DNA of 64,000 nt, from IMG/VR virus record IMGVR_UViG_3300042569_001770. One strand, 5' to 3'. The notes under the pieces are model-generated. The model worked only from the letters and a program-made list of their open reading frames with translations. It had not been told where the DNA came from and ran no database searches. The position numbers and the translations under genes are program-made. Positions 1-9,216 of the stretch are shown here, piece after piece. The stretch comes from an uncultured virus (IMG/VR IMGVR_UViG_3300042569_001770) (Duplodnaviria; Heunggongvirae; Uroviricota; Caudoviricetes). Each line of letters opens with the position of its first letter. Position 1 is the first letter of the stretch.

Positions 1-910
1 TAATTTCACTTTCTGATCGCTCTACTTCAGATTCTACTAAAGCTTCTTCTTTAGACAATTTTTCAATAATTTCCGATATTTGAATTAAAGAACCTTCTTC
101 ACTTTCTATAGTATTTTCTATAGTACCTATATGTGCTTTACACTTTTCAATGGTTACGGAAGTGTCTTCTATTTTATTAATTTCTTCTATTTTCTGAGAA
201 TTGACTGTTATCTTATCTTCTAGTTGTTTTAACTTTAATGTTTTTTGTAGTTTGTTTTTTTCTAATTGTTCATTAAAGATTTTTAAACTTTTTTGTTGTT
301 CGTTGAATTTGTTAACTAAGATTTCATATTCTTTTTTACTTTCATTAAAATCTTGTCGAACTTTTTGCAACATATCACTAAAAATGTTGATTTGTAATAT
401 ACCCTCTACAAATTTTCGTTTTTCAATCTTTTTTTGTGCCATGAAAGGCATACTATTATCTAAAGACATTATAACTGCATTACGAAATACCTCTTCATTC
501 CCACCTATAATCTCTTTTATTTGTTCATCTGTCTTGGGCATAGAAGACAATGTAATATCTTCCTCATTCCTATATAAATGAACGTATGAGGGTTCTATAC
601 ACCTTTCTATTTTGAAGTTTTCTATTTCTTGACCAGGAATTTCCCTGGTAAACTCCATTATAACTACACAATTTTTCTTGGATTGATTGTGAATTATTTT
701 GTCCTTTTTGATGTCTCTAATAGTATTTCCAAAAATATTCCAATACAAAGCGTCCAATATGGTAGTTTTACCGCATCCGTTTTTGCTATCTTTGTCTTTA
801 TTAAGACCGGTGATGAGTGAAATACCTTTATTAAAATTTAATTTTAATGGCGTCTCACCAACAGACAAAAAATTCTGTATGCTTATGTTTTTAAAAATTA
901 TTTTTTGCAT
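1..910 (-). CDS. gp46: T4 gp46-like recombination endonuclease ATPase subunit (SbcC/Rad50 family); runs off the window start
   Basis: Missing from the ORF track because there is no stop in the window. Manual translation from the ATG at 910 gives MQKIIFKNISIQNFLSVGETPLKLNFNKGISLITGLNKDKDSKNGCGKTTILDALYW..., with NFLSVG, Walker A NGCGKTT and a downstream coiled coil. Confidence 0.93.
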   Translation of the reverse strand, partial: MQKIIFKNISIQNFLSVGETPLKLNFNKGISLITGLNKDKDSKNGCGKTTILDALYWNIFGNTIRDIKKDKIIHNQSKKNCVVIMEFTREIPGQEIENFKIERCIEPSYVHLYRNEEDITLSSMPKTDEQIKEIIGGNEEVFRNAVIMSLDNSMPFMAQKKIEKRKFVEGILQINIFSDMLQKVRQDFNESKKEYEILVNKFNEQQKSLKIFNEQLEKNKLQKTLKLKQLEDKITVNSQKIEEINKIEDTSVTIEKCKAHIGTIENTIESEEGSLIQISEIIEKLSKEEALVESEVERSESEI

Positions 911-917
911 TTATAAG

Positions 918-945
918 ATAATAAATCAAAAAATAAAAATTTCAA
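918..945 (-). promoter_or_regulatory. sigma70-like promoter TTGAAA-N16-TATTAT, 7 nt upstream of the gp46 ATG
   Basis: Read from the minus strand. The same N16 geometry recurs at 12726, 23363, 25176, 26729 and 28827. Confidence 0.55.
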
Positions 946-956
946 TTAAACATATA

Positions 957-1580
957 TTATCTAACCCAAATCATACCCCATTTTTCTTTACGTTCTGGCA
1001 TGATATCGTCATGTATTTTACATTTTTCCCAGGTAGTAAATTCAGCAGGCCTTTTTAAGTATTCATCCTGATATATAAATCCAAACTCTTGATATCCTAT
1101 TTGCTTCAAATGTTCACATATTTTATTAATATTTGTATATTGTTCTTCTGCCCATTCAAAACATATTTCTTTTTGTTTTTCAGATAAACCCTTTATTACC
1201 TCTAATTCATAACCTTCCACATCTATTTTTAATAAATCAGGAGTTCCATATATTTTCACCATTTTATCTATGTTTATGGTTTGTTTTTTTACAGGATACC
1301 AACTATAATTTCCTGTAAATCTTGAATTGTTTATCCAATCTGTAGAAGAAGTAGAAATTACATCACAATCGGAAATATAAAAATCTATCAATTCGTCACT
1401 AGTTGTAGAAACTACGTGAGATAATATAGTTATATTTTTATTATTTAAAAATTTTTGATTTAATATATGTTGTAAATTATCATTTGGTTCAACTAAAACA
1501 ATTTTAGCATGTCGATATTCTTGCAAACATCTATCTGTAAATGCTCCTCTATTTGCTCCTATATCAAATATTAATTCCAT
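957..1580 (-). CDS. FkbM-family SAM-dependent methyltransferase
   Basis: Motifs FDIGANRG, VEPN and LLKIDVEGYELEVIKG. Confidence 0.9.
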   Translation of the reverse strand: MELIFDIGANRGAFTDRCLQEYRHAKIVLVEPNDNLQHILNQKFLNNKNITILSHVVSTTSDELIDFYISDCDVISTSSTDWINNSRFTGNYSWYPVKKQTINIDKMVKIYGTPDLLKIDVEGYELEVIKGLSEKQKEICFEWAEEQYTNINKICEHLKQIGYQEFGFIYQDEYLKRPAEFTTWEKCKIHDDIMPERKEKWGMIWVR

Positions 1581-1607
1581 GTCTGTATATTTATTGAATG
1601 TTTGTTT

Positions 1608-2225
1608 TTATCCGCCTTTAATAAAAAATCCATCACCCCAAGTATCCCCAGCCCAATCTTGTTCTACTAATTTGAAATTATATTCATACAAAAAAGAAAC
1701 TAAATCATTTATTTGGGCGCAATTTTCATAAACCTCTGCTCTATTAATTTCCGTCATAACATAATCTATATTATTTAATAAATGTTTAGCTCCTTTGAGT
1801 GCTTCTAATTCGTATCCTTGTATGTCAATGTTGAGAAAATTATAATTTTCTTTGTTTTGGACAAAATCATCCAATTTTACCATTTCTACTTCCTCTGTAG
1901 AATGAAATTGGATATGGGGATATTGATGTAGATGTATTTTTGGATTTAAAATGGAATTAGATTGACCTTCATTATGAGTTTCTATGTTTATTTTTATTTT
2001 AGTATTTTCATTACCAACTGCTTTGTTTACTAATATAACATCCTTGTATTTCAAATTTTGTTGTAAAATTCCAAATGTTTTACTAACTGGTTCAAAAAAC
2101 ATTTTATTTTTAATATTTAATTTTTCATATACGTCATATTCTTTGCCATAATGTGCCCCTATATGAATAACTCCGTTTAAATTTAAATGGTATTTTTCTT
2201 TTAATTTTTCTAAATCTATTATCAT
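1608..2225 (-). CDS. FkbM-family SAM-dependent methyltransferase
   Basis: Motifs IHIGAHYG, FFEP and LNIDIQGYELEALKGA. Confidence 0.9.
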   Translation of the reverse strand: MIIDLEKLKEKYHLNLNGVIHIGAHYGKEYDVYEKLNIKNKMFFEPVSKTFGILQQNLKYKDVILVNKAVGNENTKIKINIETHNEGQSNSILNPKIHLHQYPHIQFHSTEEVEMVKLDDFVQNKENYNFLNIDIQGYELEALKGAKHLLNNIDYVMTEINRAEVYENCAQINDLVSFLYEYNFKLVEQDWAGDTWGDGFFIKGG

Positions 2226-2226
2226 A

Positions 2227-2970
2227 TTAAAAATTTATTTTTATCATGTTTTTTCTGTATGTTTCGCTTGTTTCGTCATCATTATTAAACCATTTATATG
2301 GAGATAAAGTTATTTTTTCTTTTCCTAAAAAACTACCCCACCAACCAAAAGAACTATTTGATATAATACAGTAATCACTTTGACTCATTAATTTTAAATC
2401 TTCTATTTCTGATAAATTAAAATAATTAAATTTAATATAATTTGGTAGATATTTTATAGCTGTCTCATAATAATCTGTAACCAAATAAAAATTTGTGTTG
2501 GGATTTTGTTCTAGTACAAAATTTATAGCATTTAAAAAATAATTTTGATTAACTATGTTAAAAGTATTATCAAATAAAAAATCTCCTGTTCTCACCTGTA
2601 TTGTACATATATTTTGTGGTATGAGTTTGACTGTGTCAAAATTAAACAATTTATTTATTTCTATTTTATGTTGTATAAAATACTTTTCTTTTTGAAAAAA
2701 CCCATCCAACAACAAATCATTTTGATATGGTATTTGAATATCACCGAGTTCGTTTGTTTCTTTAAAAACTTTAGACGGAATATGATCTGTTAATTCTATC
2801 TTTTTAAAAATAGAATTAAGGTAACTAGTTATATGTTTACCTTGTCCTCTTTCATTATGTAAATTTGGATTTATTTTGTATGTAGTATTATTTTTAATAG
2901 CTAAAGAATAACCAGTTGCTATTTGAAATAATAAATTTCCCAATCCACCTCTATATACGCTAGTTATCAT
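2227..2970 (-). CDS. GT11-family glycosyltransferase (alpha-1,2-fucosyltransferase-like)
   Basis: Motifs GGLGNLLFQ, GFFQKEKYF, IQVRTGDF (variant of HVRRGD) and IISNSSFGWWG. Confidence 0.9.
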   Translation of the reverse strand: MITSVYRGGLGNLLFQIATGYSLAIKNNTTYKINPNLHNERGQGKHITSYLNSIFKKIELTDHIPSKVFKETNELGDIQIPYQNDLLLDGFFQKEKYFIQHKIEINKLFNFDTVKLIPQNICTIQVRTGDFLFDNTFNIVNQNYFLNAINFVLEQNPNTNFYLVTDYYETAIKYLPNYIKFNYFNLSEIEDLKLMSQSDYCIISNSSFGWWGSFLGKEKITLSPYKWFNNDDETSETYRKNMIKINF

Positions 2971-2989
2971 TTACATTCAAAATTATTTT

Positions 2990-3613
2990 TTAACGTATGG
3001 TACTTTTATATGTACCTACAATAGTTCCTTGATCTAATCCGAAATATGTATAATAACTTTTTATGTCATTATTAAATATAATATTATTATACATGTGATC
3101 TACCGGTATGTCATAATTAAAATTATCAATAAATGTTTTTGCGCATTTTTGAGATATTATATAAGCATGGGCACATCTAGTGGCATTACCGGGATGGTGA
3201 TACATCAAATCTGTAACATTAAAAGTAGAAGGTAATCCTATTCCCAATGCCATACCCGGAAAACACAATTCTATGTTGTTTTCTTTCATTTTTTTTACAC
3301 ACATAGTCAAAAAATCTTTTACATTAAATTTATTGATTAGTTCCAATATAACATCATCTTCAAATATTATACCATATTCTTGCTCTCCGTTAAATATGTT
3401 TTCCAAGCAAATGTAATGTCTATAAGACACTTCTGTACTTTTGGAATCCATTTTAGAATGCGCTATTTTATTTTTTAAAAAATCTTGAGGATATATTTCA
3501 TCAACCCATACAATATTATCCAACAAATATTCTTCAAATTTACTCAAAAGATATTTTTTTCTCTCCACGAGAGAGGGATGATGTAGAACATATATTTTAA
3601 AAACGTCTTTCAT
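2990..3613 (-). CDS. GT25-like glycosyltransferase
   Basis: Motifs IYVLH..ERK, IIFEDDV, CAHAYIISQKCAK and PVDH. Confidence 0.8.
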   Translation of the reverse strand: MKDVFKIYVLHHPSLVERKKYLLSKFEEYLLDNIVWVDEIYPQDFLKNKIAHSKMDSKSTEVSYRHYICLENIFNGEQEYGIIFEDDVILELINKFNVKDFLTMCVKKMKENNIELCFPGMALGIGLPSTFNVTDLMYHHPGNATRCAHAYIISQKCAKTFIDNFNYDIPVDHMYNNIIFNNDIKSYYTYFGLDQGTIVGTYKSTIR

Positions 3614-4149
3614 AATTTATGGGCTTTCAAATTAATGCTAACATTTACACCATGTAAGTTAAAAACTGAAGTATCTCTTACAAAAGGTTCAAAGGTTGAT
3701 ATATTATCATAACCCGTTCTTTCTAACAAGTGTTTTAAATAAGGTTCTGTAAATCCACAATAATGTGTATTGCCTTTATAATCTTGACCACCAAAACAAC
3801 ACCTTAATATATCATAGGTATTACTCATGTTGTTATAGTTGTCTTTTAAACCTTGCATTAACGATAATAAATTGGGTACAGACACGTACAAAATTCCATT
3901 TGGTTTTAAAATTTTATTCCATCGGGTCATAACATCAACACAATGTGGTTGTTCTGTATTATGATCTAATCCGAAATGTTCCAATATATGACAAGCATAT
4001 ATCTCATCAACACTATTTTCTTCAAATTTGTTTAATTTAGACACATCATCAACCAGATCCGTATATTGGCTCTCTGTCCAATCAATATTGACCCATTCTT
4101 TTAATTTTATATTTCCGCAACCTAAATGTAATTTCAGTGGTTTTTTCAT
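3610..4149 (-). CDS. class I SAM-dependent methyltransferase (Methyltransf_11-like)
   Basis: Motifs LHLGCG, WVNID, VDEIYACHILEH and LKPNGILYVSVPN. Confidence 0.88.
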   Translation of the reverse strand: MKKPLKLHLGCGNIKLKEWVNIDWTESQYTDLVDDVSKLNKFEENSVDEIYACHILEHFGLDHNTEQPHCVDVMTRWNKILKPNGILYVSVPNLLSLMQGLKDNYNNMSNTYDILRCCFGGQDYKGNTHYCGFTEPYLKHLLERTGYDNISTFEPFVRDTSVFNLHGVNVSINLKAHKL

Positions 4150-4919
4150 TTTATTTTATTTACTAATGCATTATCATTTACCCACGGCAAAAATTGTCTT
4201 AATAGTAGTGGAAAATTTGTTTGTTTTTGTAAAGATTTCCAATTATTTAAAGCATTAGTATATCCGTAAAAATTTTCTTTAAATTTTAATTGATTTTCAT
4301 TGACATAAGCATAATGGTCAAAAATCCAATTTTTGTTATTGGTAAATTGTTTACTTAAAAAGTTAACACATCCCTTGACTCTGGGTGGTTCGTGAGAAAT
4401 CCAGGTTGTTTGATTTTTTATTTTCCAAAGACGGCACCACTCATACCACATATCACTATAACCATTTTCATTCTCAATTATCAAATCCTGACCCACATAA
4501 TAATTGCATTTGAACATCATTCCATCAAATCCTTCATTATTTTCTGCAAAAAATAATATGTCTTTAAGTTTGCCTACATCCCATATTTCGTCAACATCTA
4601 TTTGCATTAAAATACAGTCTTCAATATCATTCATGAAAGAATTGCACATTTCCAATTTACCCAACCAAAAATCATTTTTTCTTATTACTGTAATTTTATC
4701 ATTAACCACAGAATTTAAAAATTCTGTGGTACCATCAATTGATAATTTTTTATCTGAAAAAAATTCATTATTTATATTTTGACACCAATTTGTATCCAAT
4801 GTCGGCAAAACAGCACCTTCTATTATATACCAATGATCAAAACATTCTGGTATAATATTATACTGGTCTTTTATAAAAGGCATTCCGTTCAAAACTATGG
4901 TAAATGCTATTTTTTTCAT
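4146..4919 (-). CDS. putative GT-A fold glycosyltransferase
   Basis: Motifs FTIVLNG, IIEGA, SIDGT and QIDVDEIW (DxD), plus HYAY. The likely start is MKKIAF at 4919, which overlaps the upstream stop. Confidence 0.65.
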   Translation of the reverse strand: MKKIAFTIVLNGMPFIKDQYNIIPECFDHWYIIEGAVLPTLDTNWCQNINNEFFSDKKLSIDGTTEFLNSVVNDKITVIRKNDFWLGKLEMCNSFMNDIEDCILMQIDVDEIWDVGKLKDILFFAENNEGFDGMMFKCNYYVGQDLIIENENGYSDMWYEWCRLWKIKNQTTWISHEPPRVKGCVNFLSKQFTNNKNWIFDHYAYVNENQLKFKENFYGYTNALNNWKSLQKQTNFPLLLRQFLPWVNDNALVNKIK

Positions 4920-5608
4920 TTTATAATACTCCAATTATTTTTAAGCACTGGTGTTCTTAAATCATCAGATCGTTTTAAAAATATTTTTTTGTTCGGAAAA
5001 TTTAATTGTTCAGTCAAATTAGCAAAACAACTATCAAACATTATCAATTGTTTTGCGTTTTGCAATATTTTTATCCAATCAAAAACAGAATCTGTTTTTT
5101 GGTGTATGTCTATTATTTGATAATCTTTTGGATTTTCTATTGTAATGTCTTTTCTACCATCTGATCCTTCTAAGTGCATAGCAACATAATCTTTTCTTAC
5201 CAATGAACTATATAATTCATCTTCTTTATATGTATTTCTGTTTATGTCTAAAGTCCATTTTTTATAAAAAGGAACATTTGCCAGATCATACCTAAACTCA
5301 TCAAAAGATTTTGTTTGATTTAAAAATTTTGATGAGTTTTGATTATGCCAACTTCCTGGACTTGTAAATGATAAATCAATAATTTCACAATTTAATTGAT
5401 TTAAAATATAAAAACTAGCATCTATACAATTGTTAATATCAACTGGAATAAATTTGACATAATTTATATAATTTATAAAATTTTTTGTATAAAAATTATA
5501 TATAGGCCAATAAATTTCAAAACCCAAATCATAATAATGTTTTGCAATGGGTAAACATATTATTATATCACCTATTTTACCAGGTAAAATTATTCCTTTT
5601 TTTTTCAT
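4916..5608 (-). CDS. putative GT-B (GT9-like) glycosyltransferase
   Basis: N-terminal GKIGDIIICLP and C-terminal ILQNAKQLIMFDSCFANL resemble heptosyltransferase-type motifs. Confidence 0.6.
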   Translation of the reverse strand: MKKKGIILPGKIGDIIICLPIAKHYYDLGFEIYWPIYNFYTKNFINYINYVKFIPVDINNCIDASFYILNQLNCEIIDLSFTSPGSWHNQNSSKFLNQTKSFDEFRYDLANVPFYKKWTLDINRNTYKEDELYSSLVRKDYVAMHLEGSDGRKDITIENPKDYQIIDIHQKTDSVFDWIKILQNAKQLIMFDSCFANLTEQLNFPNKKIFLKRSDDLRTPVLKNNWSIIK

Positions 5609-6261
5609 TTTTTATAATTTCCGTATTCGTCTCTAATGTCCGAAAAAGCACTTTTATATTTTCCAGTTTCAGAACCTTGTTTTAATTCTAAGCCAGACCA
5701 TAAACATCTAATATTTAAACTGGGTATTATTTTATTAAAAATAACATCTATTGCATGAAAGTTTATAACACAATTCATTAACTTTTCTGTACATTTTAAA
5801 TTAACTATGTATGCATTGCAACTTTTAGAACCAAAATTTTTATCATAATAAAGTATTTGTGGTGGTTTTATGTTTGAAGGTTTTAAATCTAAACAAGAAC
5901 CTAAAAAAGCTACGTCTCCGTTTAATTCTATAAACTCTTCCGCCACTTGATTTAAATATTTAATTAAATGTATATATTCAAAATCTACATCATCTTCAAA
6001 TATTAAAATATTTTTATATTTGTTTTTTATTTGTTGTTGGTAGCAATAAATGTGTGATAAATTGACTCCTAAAACTTTTTTATTTATATCAAATGGATTT
6101 TTAATTTTTTCTAAACTTTTTTCATCTTGATATAATTCAACCCATTCTACCAAATGAGATATTTCAAATTCTTTAAATTTAGAAAGCAAATATTCCTTTC
6201 TTTCTTTTAAAATTTTCCAATGAATTACATATATTTTATTATAAAAAGAAACCAATTTCAT
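5605..6261 (-). CDS. GT25-like glycosyltransferase
   Basis: Motifs KIYVIH..ERK, LSH, ILIFEDDV and AYIVN. Paralogous to 2990..3613. Confidence 0.8.
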   Translation of the reverse strand: MKLVSFYNKIYVIHWKILKERKEYLLSKFKEFEISHLVEWVELYQDEKSLEKIKNPFDINKKVLGVNLSHIYCYQQQIKNKYKNILIFEDDVDFEYIHLIKYLNQVAEEFIELNGDVAFLGSCLDLKPSNIKPPQILYYDKNFGSKSCNAYIVNLKCTEKLMNCVINFHAIDVIFNKIIPSLNIRCLWSGLELKQGSETGKYKSAFSDIRDEYGNYKK

Positions 6262-7055
6262 TTATATAAAAATTTACCAAAATGATCTTTTTCTATTTGT
6301 TTTTCGTTTGGATACAAAGAGAACATATTAAATCCGTCTGGTCTTTTAATTAAAATATTATGATAATACCAACCCCAAGGTTCTCTGAGTTGTTCATCTT
6401 CTGAGTTATATAATTTTGTATTATATTCATTTTCTGGAGAAGGATATCCACTACCCCAGCCATGATGAATATGGACTATTTGTACTGGATAGTCATTCAC
6501 TATAGGATCATTTTGCCCATGCTGTTTTAGTATACATGTCAGTGCTGTGTCATATAAAATAGACCCTATAAGATACTCTTTAAAAACATCTCTTTTTTTA
6601 ATATACCAATCTTTTTTCATTACAAAAACATCTTGCCCTGCTATTTCATAACGATATGGTATCATTTTATCTTCTATACTTAGAACTGGTTCTATATCCA
6701 TGCGAGAACAAGCATAACCAGTGTAGTCTCCGTTTAAAATATATTTTACAAATTTATCAGAGAAAAAAATGTCACTATTAGTATAGACCATATAATCGCA
6801 ATCAGTTTCCGCTAATCCATCTAATATATCTTTAACGCATGGAGTACTTTTTTTTCCGCCTATTACAAAATCTCTACTATCACGCGTTAAAATTCTTTTT
6901 TGATGGGTATCCGGTACAACATCATTTTCATTTCTTTGAAAGGCATACAGACTTATATTGTCTGGAAATAATTGTTTTAATTTAAATTGGGTTTGTAATC
7001 CTAAAGTTTGTTTTAAATCATTACCAAATATATTAGTACCTATACTAATTTTCAT
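6258..7055 (-). CDS. putative glycosyltransferase-like protein
   Basis: Motifs YTNSDI, SRMD, GQDVF and HIHH. Lies inside the GT island. Confidence 0.5.
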   Translation of the reverse strand: MKISIGTNIFGNDLKQTLGLQTQFKLKQLFPDNISLYAFQRNENDVVPDTHQKRILTRDSRDFVIGGKKSTPCVKDILDGLAETDCDYMVYTNSDIFFSDKFVKYILNGDYTGYACSRMDIEPVLSIEDKMIPYRYEIAGQDVFVMKKDWYIKKRDVFKEYLIGSILYDTALTCILKQHGQNDPIVNDYPVQIVHIHHGWGSGYPSPENEYNTKLYNSEDEQLREPWGWYYHNILIKRPDGFNMFSLYPNEKQIEKDHFGKFLYK

Positions 7056-7633
7056 ATATACAAAACTCCTATACCTTTTTGTTTTTTATCACTGTGTAAA
7101 ATTTCATGGTGTTTATAATTTTTTTTCAATTCATTCCAATAATTAAAAACACCGCCTTCTTCATTTTCTGCTATATCGTGAAGAGCAACAATTCCACCTT
7201 TTTTGACTAGTGGAGAATACATTTCAAAGTCTTTTTTAACATATTCATACATGTGGTTACCATCTATAAAAAGAAAATCTAATTCTGGCGTGATTGATTT
7301 TACTTGTTCTAAAGAACGCTCCCATTGAGACATACCCTTAATTAAATAAAGTTTAATTTTATTCAATTTTGCCCATTTTGGCCACTCAACACTATAATTG
7401 TGTTCTTGTTCTTGTACTCTATAATCCATAGGACCACAAAAATCACTAACAGGCAAATCCACAGAAATTACTGTTGCACCATTATCGGCATAATGCATAA
7501 AATGTTTAAGGGAAAATCCTAACAAAGATCCAATTTCCAATACATTTTTGGCTTTTAATTTTGAATATATAGACATCAATTCTTCATATTCTGACATTAT
7601 TTGAGTTTCAGTTATTCTTTGATCTATTATCAT
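7052..7633 (-). CDS. class I SAM-dependent methyltransferase (Methyltransf_24-like)
   Basis: Motifs VLEIGSLLGFS, LDFLFIDGNHMYEYVKKD and GGIVALHD. Confidence 0.9.
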   Translation of the reverse strand: MIIDQRITETQIMSEYEELMSIYSKLKAKNVLEIGSLLGFSLKHFMHYADNGATVISVDLPVSDFCGPMDYRVQEQEHNYSVEWPKWAKLNKIKLYLIKGMSQWERSLEQVKSITPELDFLFIDGNHMYEYVKKDFEMYSPLVKKGGIVALHDIAENEEGGVFNYWNELKKNYKHHEILHSDKKQKGIGVLYI

Positions 7634-8480
7634 ATATTTTTTTTACAGTTTTAATTACCTCTTCTTTAGATTCTGCCCGTATGTGTGAAGGAACAGTATT
7701 ATGAAGTTTATAAAAATGTTGTAGACCCTCTTGTACTTGTTTCATAAACTTTTCTTCATTAGAAGCTAAGCTTGTATTGGCTTTTTCATTTTCTGCTTCT
7801 TTAATGTAATTTTCACTGCCTTCTATATCCGCAAACCACCAAAATGGCGTATACTTTCCTGCTTTTATAATTCTATATGTATGTTCTACATGTTCCCATG
7901 CATTATAAAATTCCTCATCCAAGAAACCAACTTCTTTTAATATAGAATTATGAAAATATGTAAACATGGCTACAATATGTTCATACATACATAATACAAC
8001 TCCGTCTTTATGTTGTACTGTTAATTTGGGATTAGGTGAAGTATTTTGTTTGGCTAATTGTCTCTTAGACAAATCACCAATTATACTCGGATCATCTTGC
8101 TTACGATTCCATGGACTTCCTGGCCCAAAATTAAAATGGGGTATACCAGTTACTTCATAAGCTTTAATATATTTATTCCATACATTATTATCACCTATAA
8201 TACAATCATCTTCTAATACAAAAATATGTTCACAATCTTGTTCTAAGAGATATTTTAAAGCTTTATTTTTAGTTTTGCTCACGCCTAAATTTTTTTCATT
8301 TAAAATATAGTGTATATTTGAATTATTTAAATATTCTTTGATCTCTTCATTTAAATCCTTACCATCATTTACAACTACAATAGAACCTATAATATTTTTG
8401 TCAATACTTTTAATACATTCATAAAAATAATGTGGCCTATTACAGGTAATTATGCCTATTCCTATTTTATTTTTTGGCAT
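7608..8480 (-). CDS. GT2-family glycosyltransferase
   Basis: Motifs IITCNRP, VVVNDG, NLGVSKTKN, LEDD and VGFLDEEF. Confidence 0.9.
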   Translation of the reverse strand: MPKNKIGIGIITCNRPHYFYECIKSIDKNIIGSIVVVNDGKDLNEEIKEYLNNSNIHYILNEKNLGVSKTKNKALKYLLEQDCEHIFVLEDDCIIGDNNVWNKYIKAYEVTGIPHFNFGPGSPWNRKQDDPSIIGDLSKRQLAKQNTSPNPKLTVQHKDGVVLCMYEHIVAMFTYFHNSILKEVGFLDEEFYNAWEHVEHTYRIIKAGKYTPFWWFADIEGSENYIKEAENEKANTSLASNEEKFMKQVQEGLQHFYKLHNTVPSHIRAESKEEVIKTVKKIYDNRSKNN

Positions 8481-9216
8481 AATTATTTTGTAATTCTTCT
8501 AATTGTTTTAACATCTCATCTTGATCTGCAGATTTAGGATCATTTTGACCAGGAATATATTTGTGTTTATGCATAAAATATCCATAAGCATATTGAAGTG
8601 TTTTATCAGGGTCTGGAAAATCTTTAAAATAAGGATTAGTCATGGTTTTTTTATTTTCTACCATATTTTCTGATATGGTAGGAAAATAACCTGGAGGTAA
8701 AAATAAATTCTTTTTTCTTAAACCTTCTATATAATCCAATACATGTAAATTTTGACCATTTAAATATCTTTCACTAAAAAAACCATTATTTTTTATGATA
8801 CCTTTAAAGGTAAAAATAAATTTAGAATTTAAATTTTGAGATATTTTTAATACTTCTTTATTATCATCCTCTATATCTATACAGTTTGGCATAGATCCAG
8901 TCAAAAACCAAGTTCCGAATGTTTCTGCTTTTTTAATTATGCGAGAATATATAGCATAATCAGAAACTGTTTGATCGGAGTGCAGAAGAAAATAATAATC
9001 TAAATCGTTTTTTCTAAAATCATGCAATAAATAATTTTTCATATAAGCTAATGAAACATTATCCATTTTTTTATGATTTATATTTTTAAAATTTAAAGAA
9101 CTTTTTCTGCACGTAGCAATAGAAACATGAGCTCCTTCTGGAATGTGTTGTAAAATATTATTGACACTGTCGTCATCATATATGTCAATAATTCCTATAC
9201 CTATTTTGTTATTCAT
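8467..9216 (-). CDS. divergent GT2-like protein
   Basis: Shares KIGIGII, the KN..L / YFLL.SD region and GFFSERY with the neighbouring GT2, but its catalytic motifs are eroded. Confidence 0.5.
   Translation of the reverse strand: MNNKIGIGIIDIYDDDSVNNILQHIPEGAHVSIATCRKSSLNFKNINHKKMDNVSLAYMKNYLLHDFRKNDLDYYFLLHSDQTVSDYAIYSRIIKKAETFGTWFLTGSMPNCIDIEDDNKEVLKISQNLNSKFIFTFKGIIKNNGFFSERYLNGQNLHVLDYIEGLRKKNLFLPPGYFPTISENMVENKKTMTNPYFKDFPDPDKTLQYAYGYFMHKHKYIPGQNDPKSADQDEMLKQLEELQNNYAKK

Noticed and set aside
201..1058. Plus-strand ORFs 201..581, 629..820 and 699..1058
   Set aside because: They are antisense shadows of gp46 and the FkbM gene. The same applies to the other short ORFs antisense to or nested in long CDSs throughout the track (e.g. 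21301..22326, 46265..46561, 52277..52711, 57410..57709).
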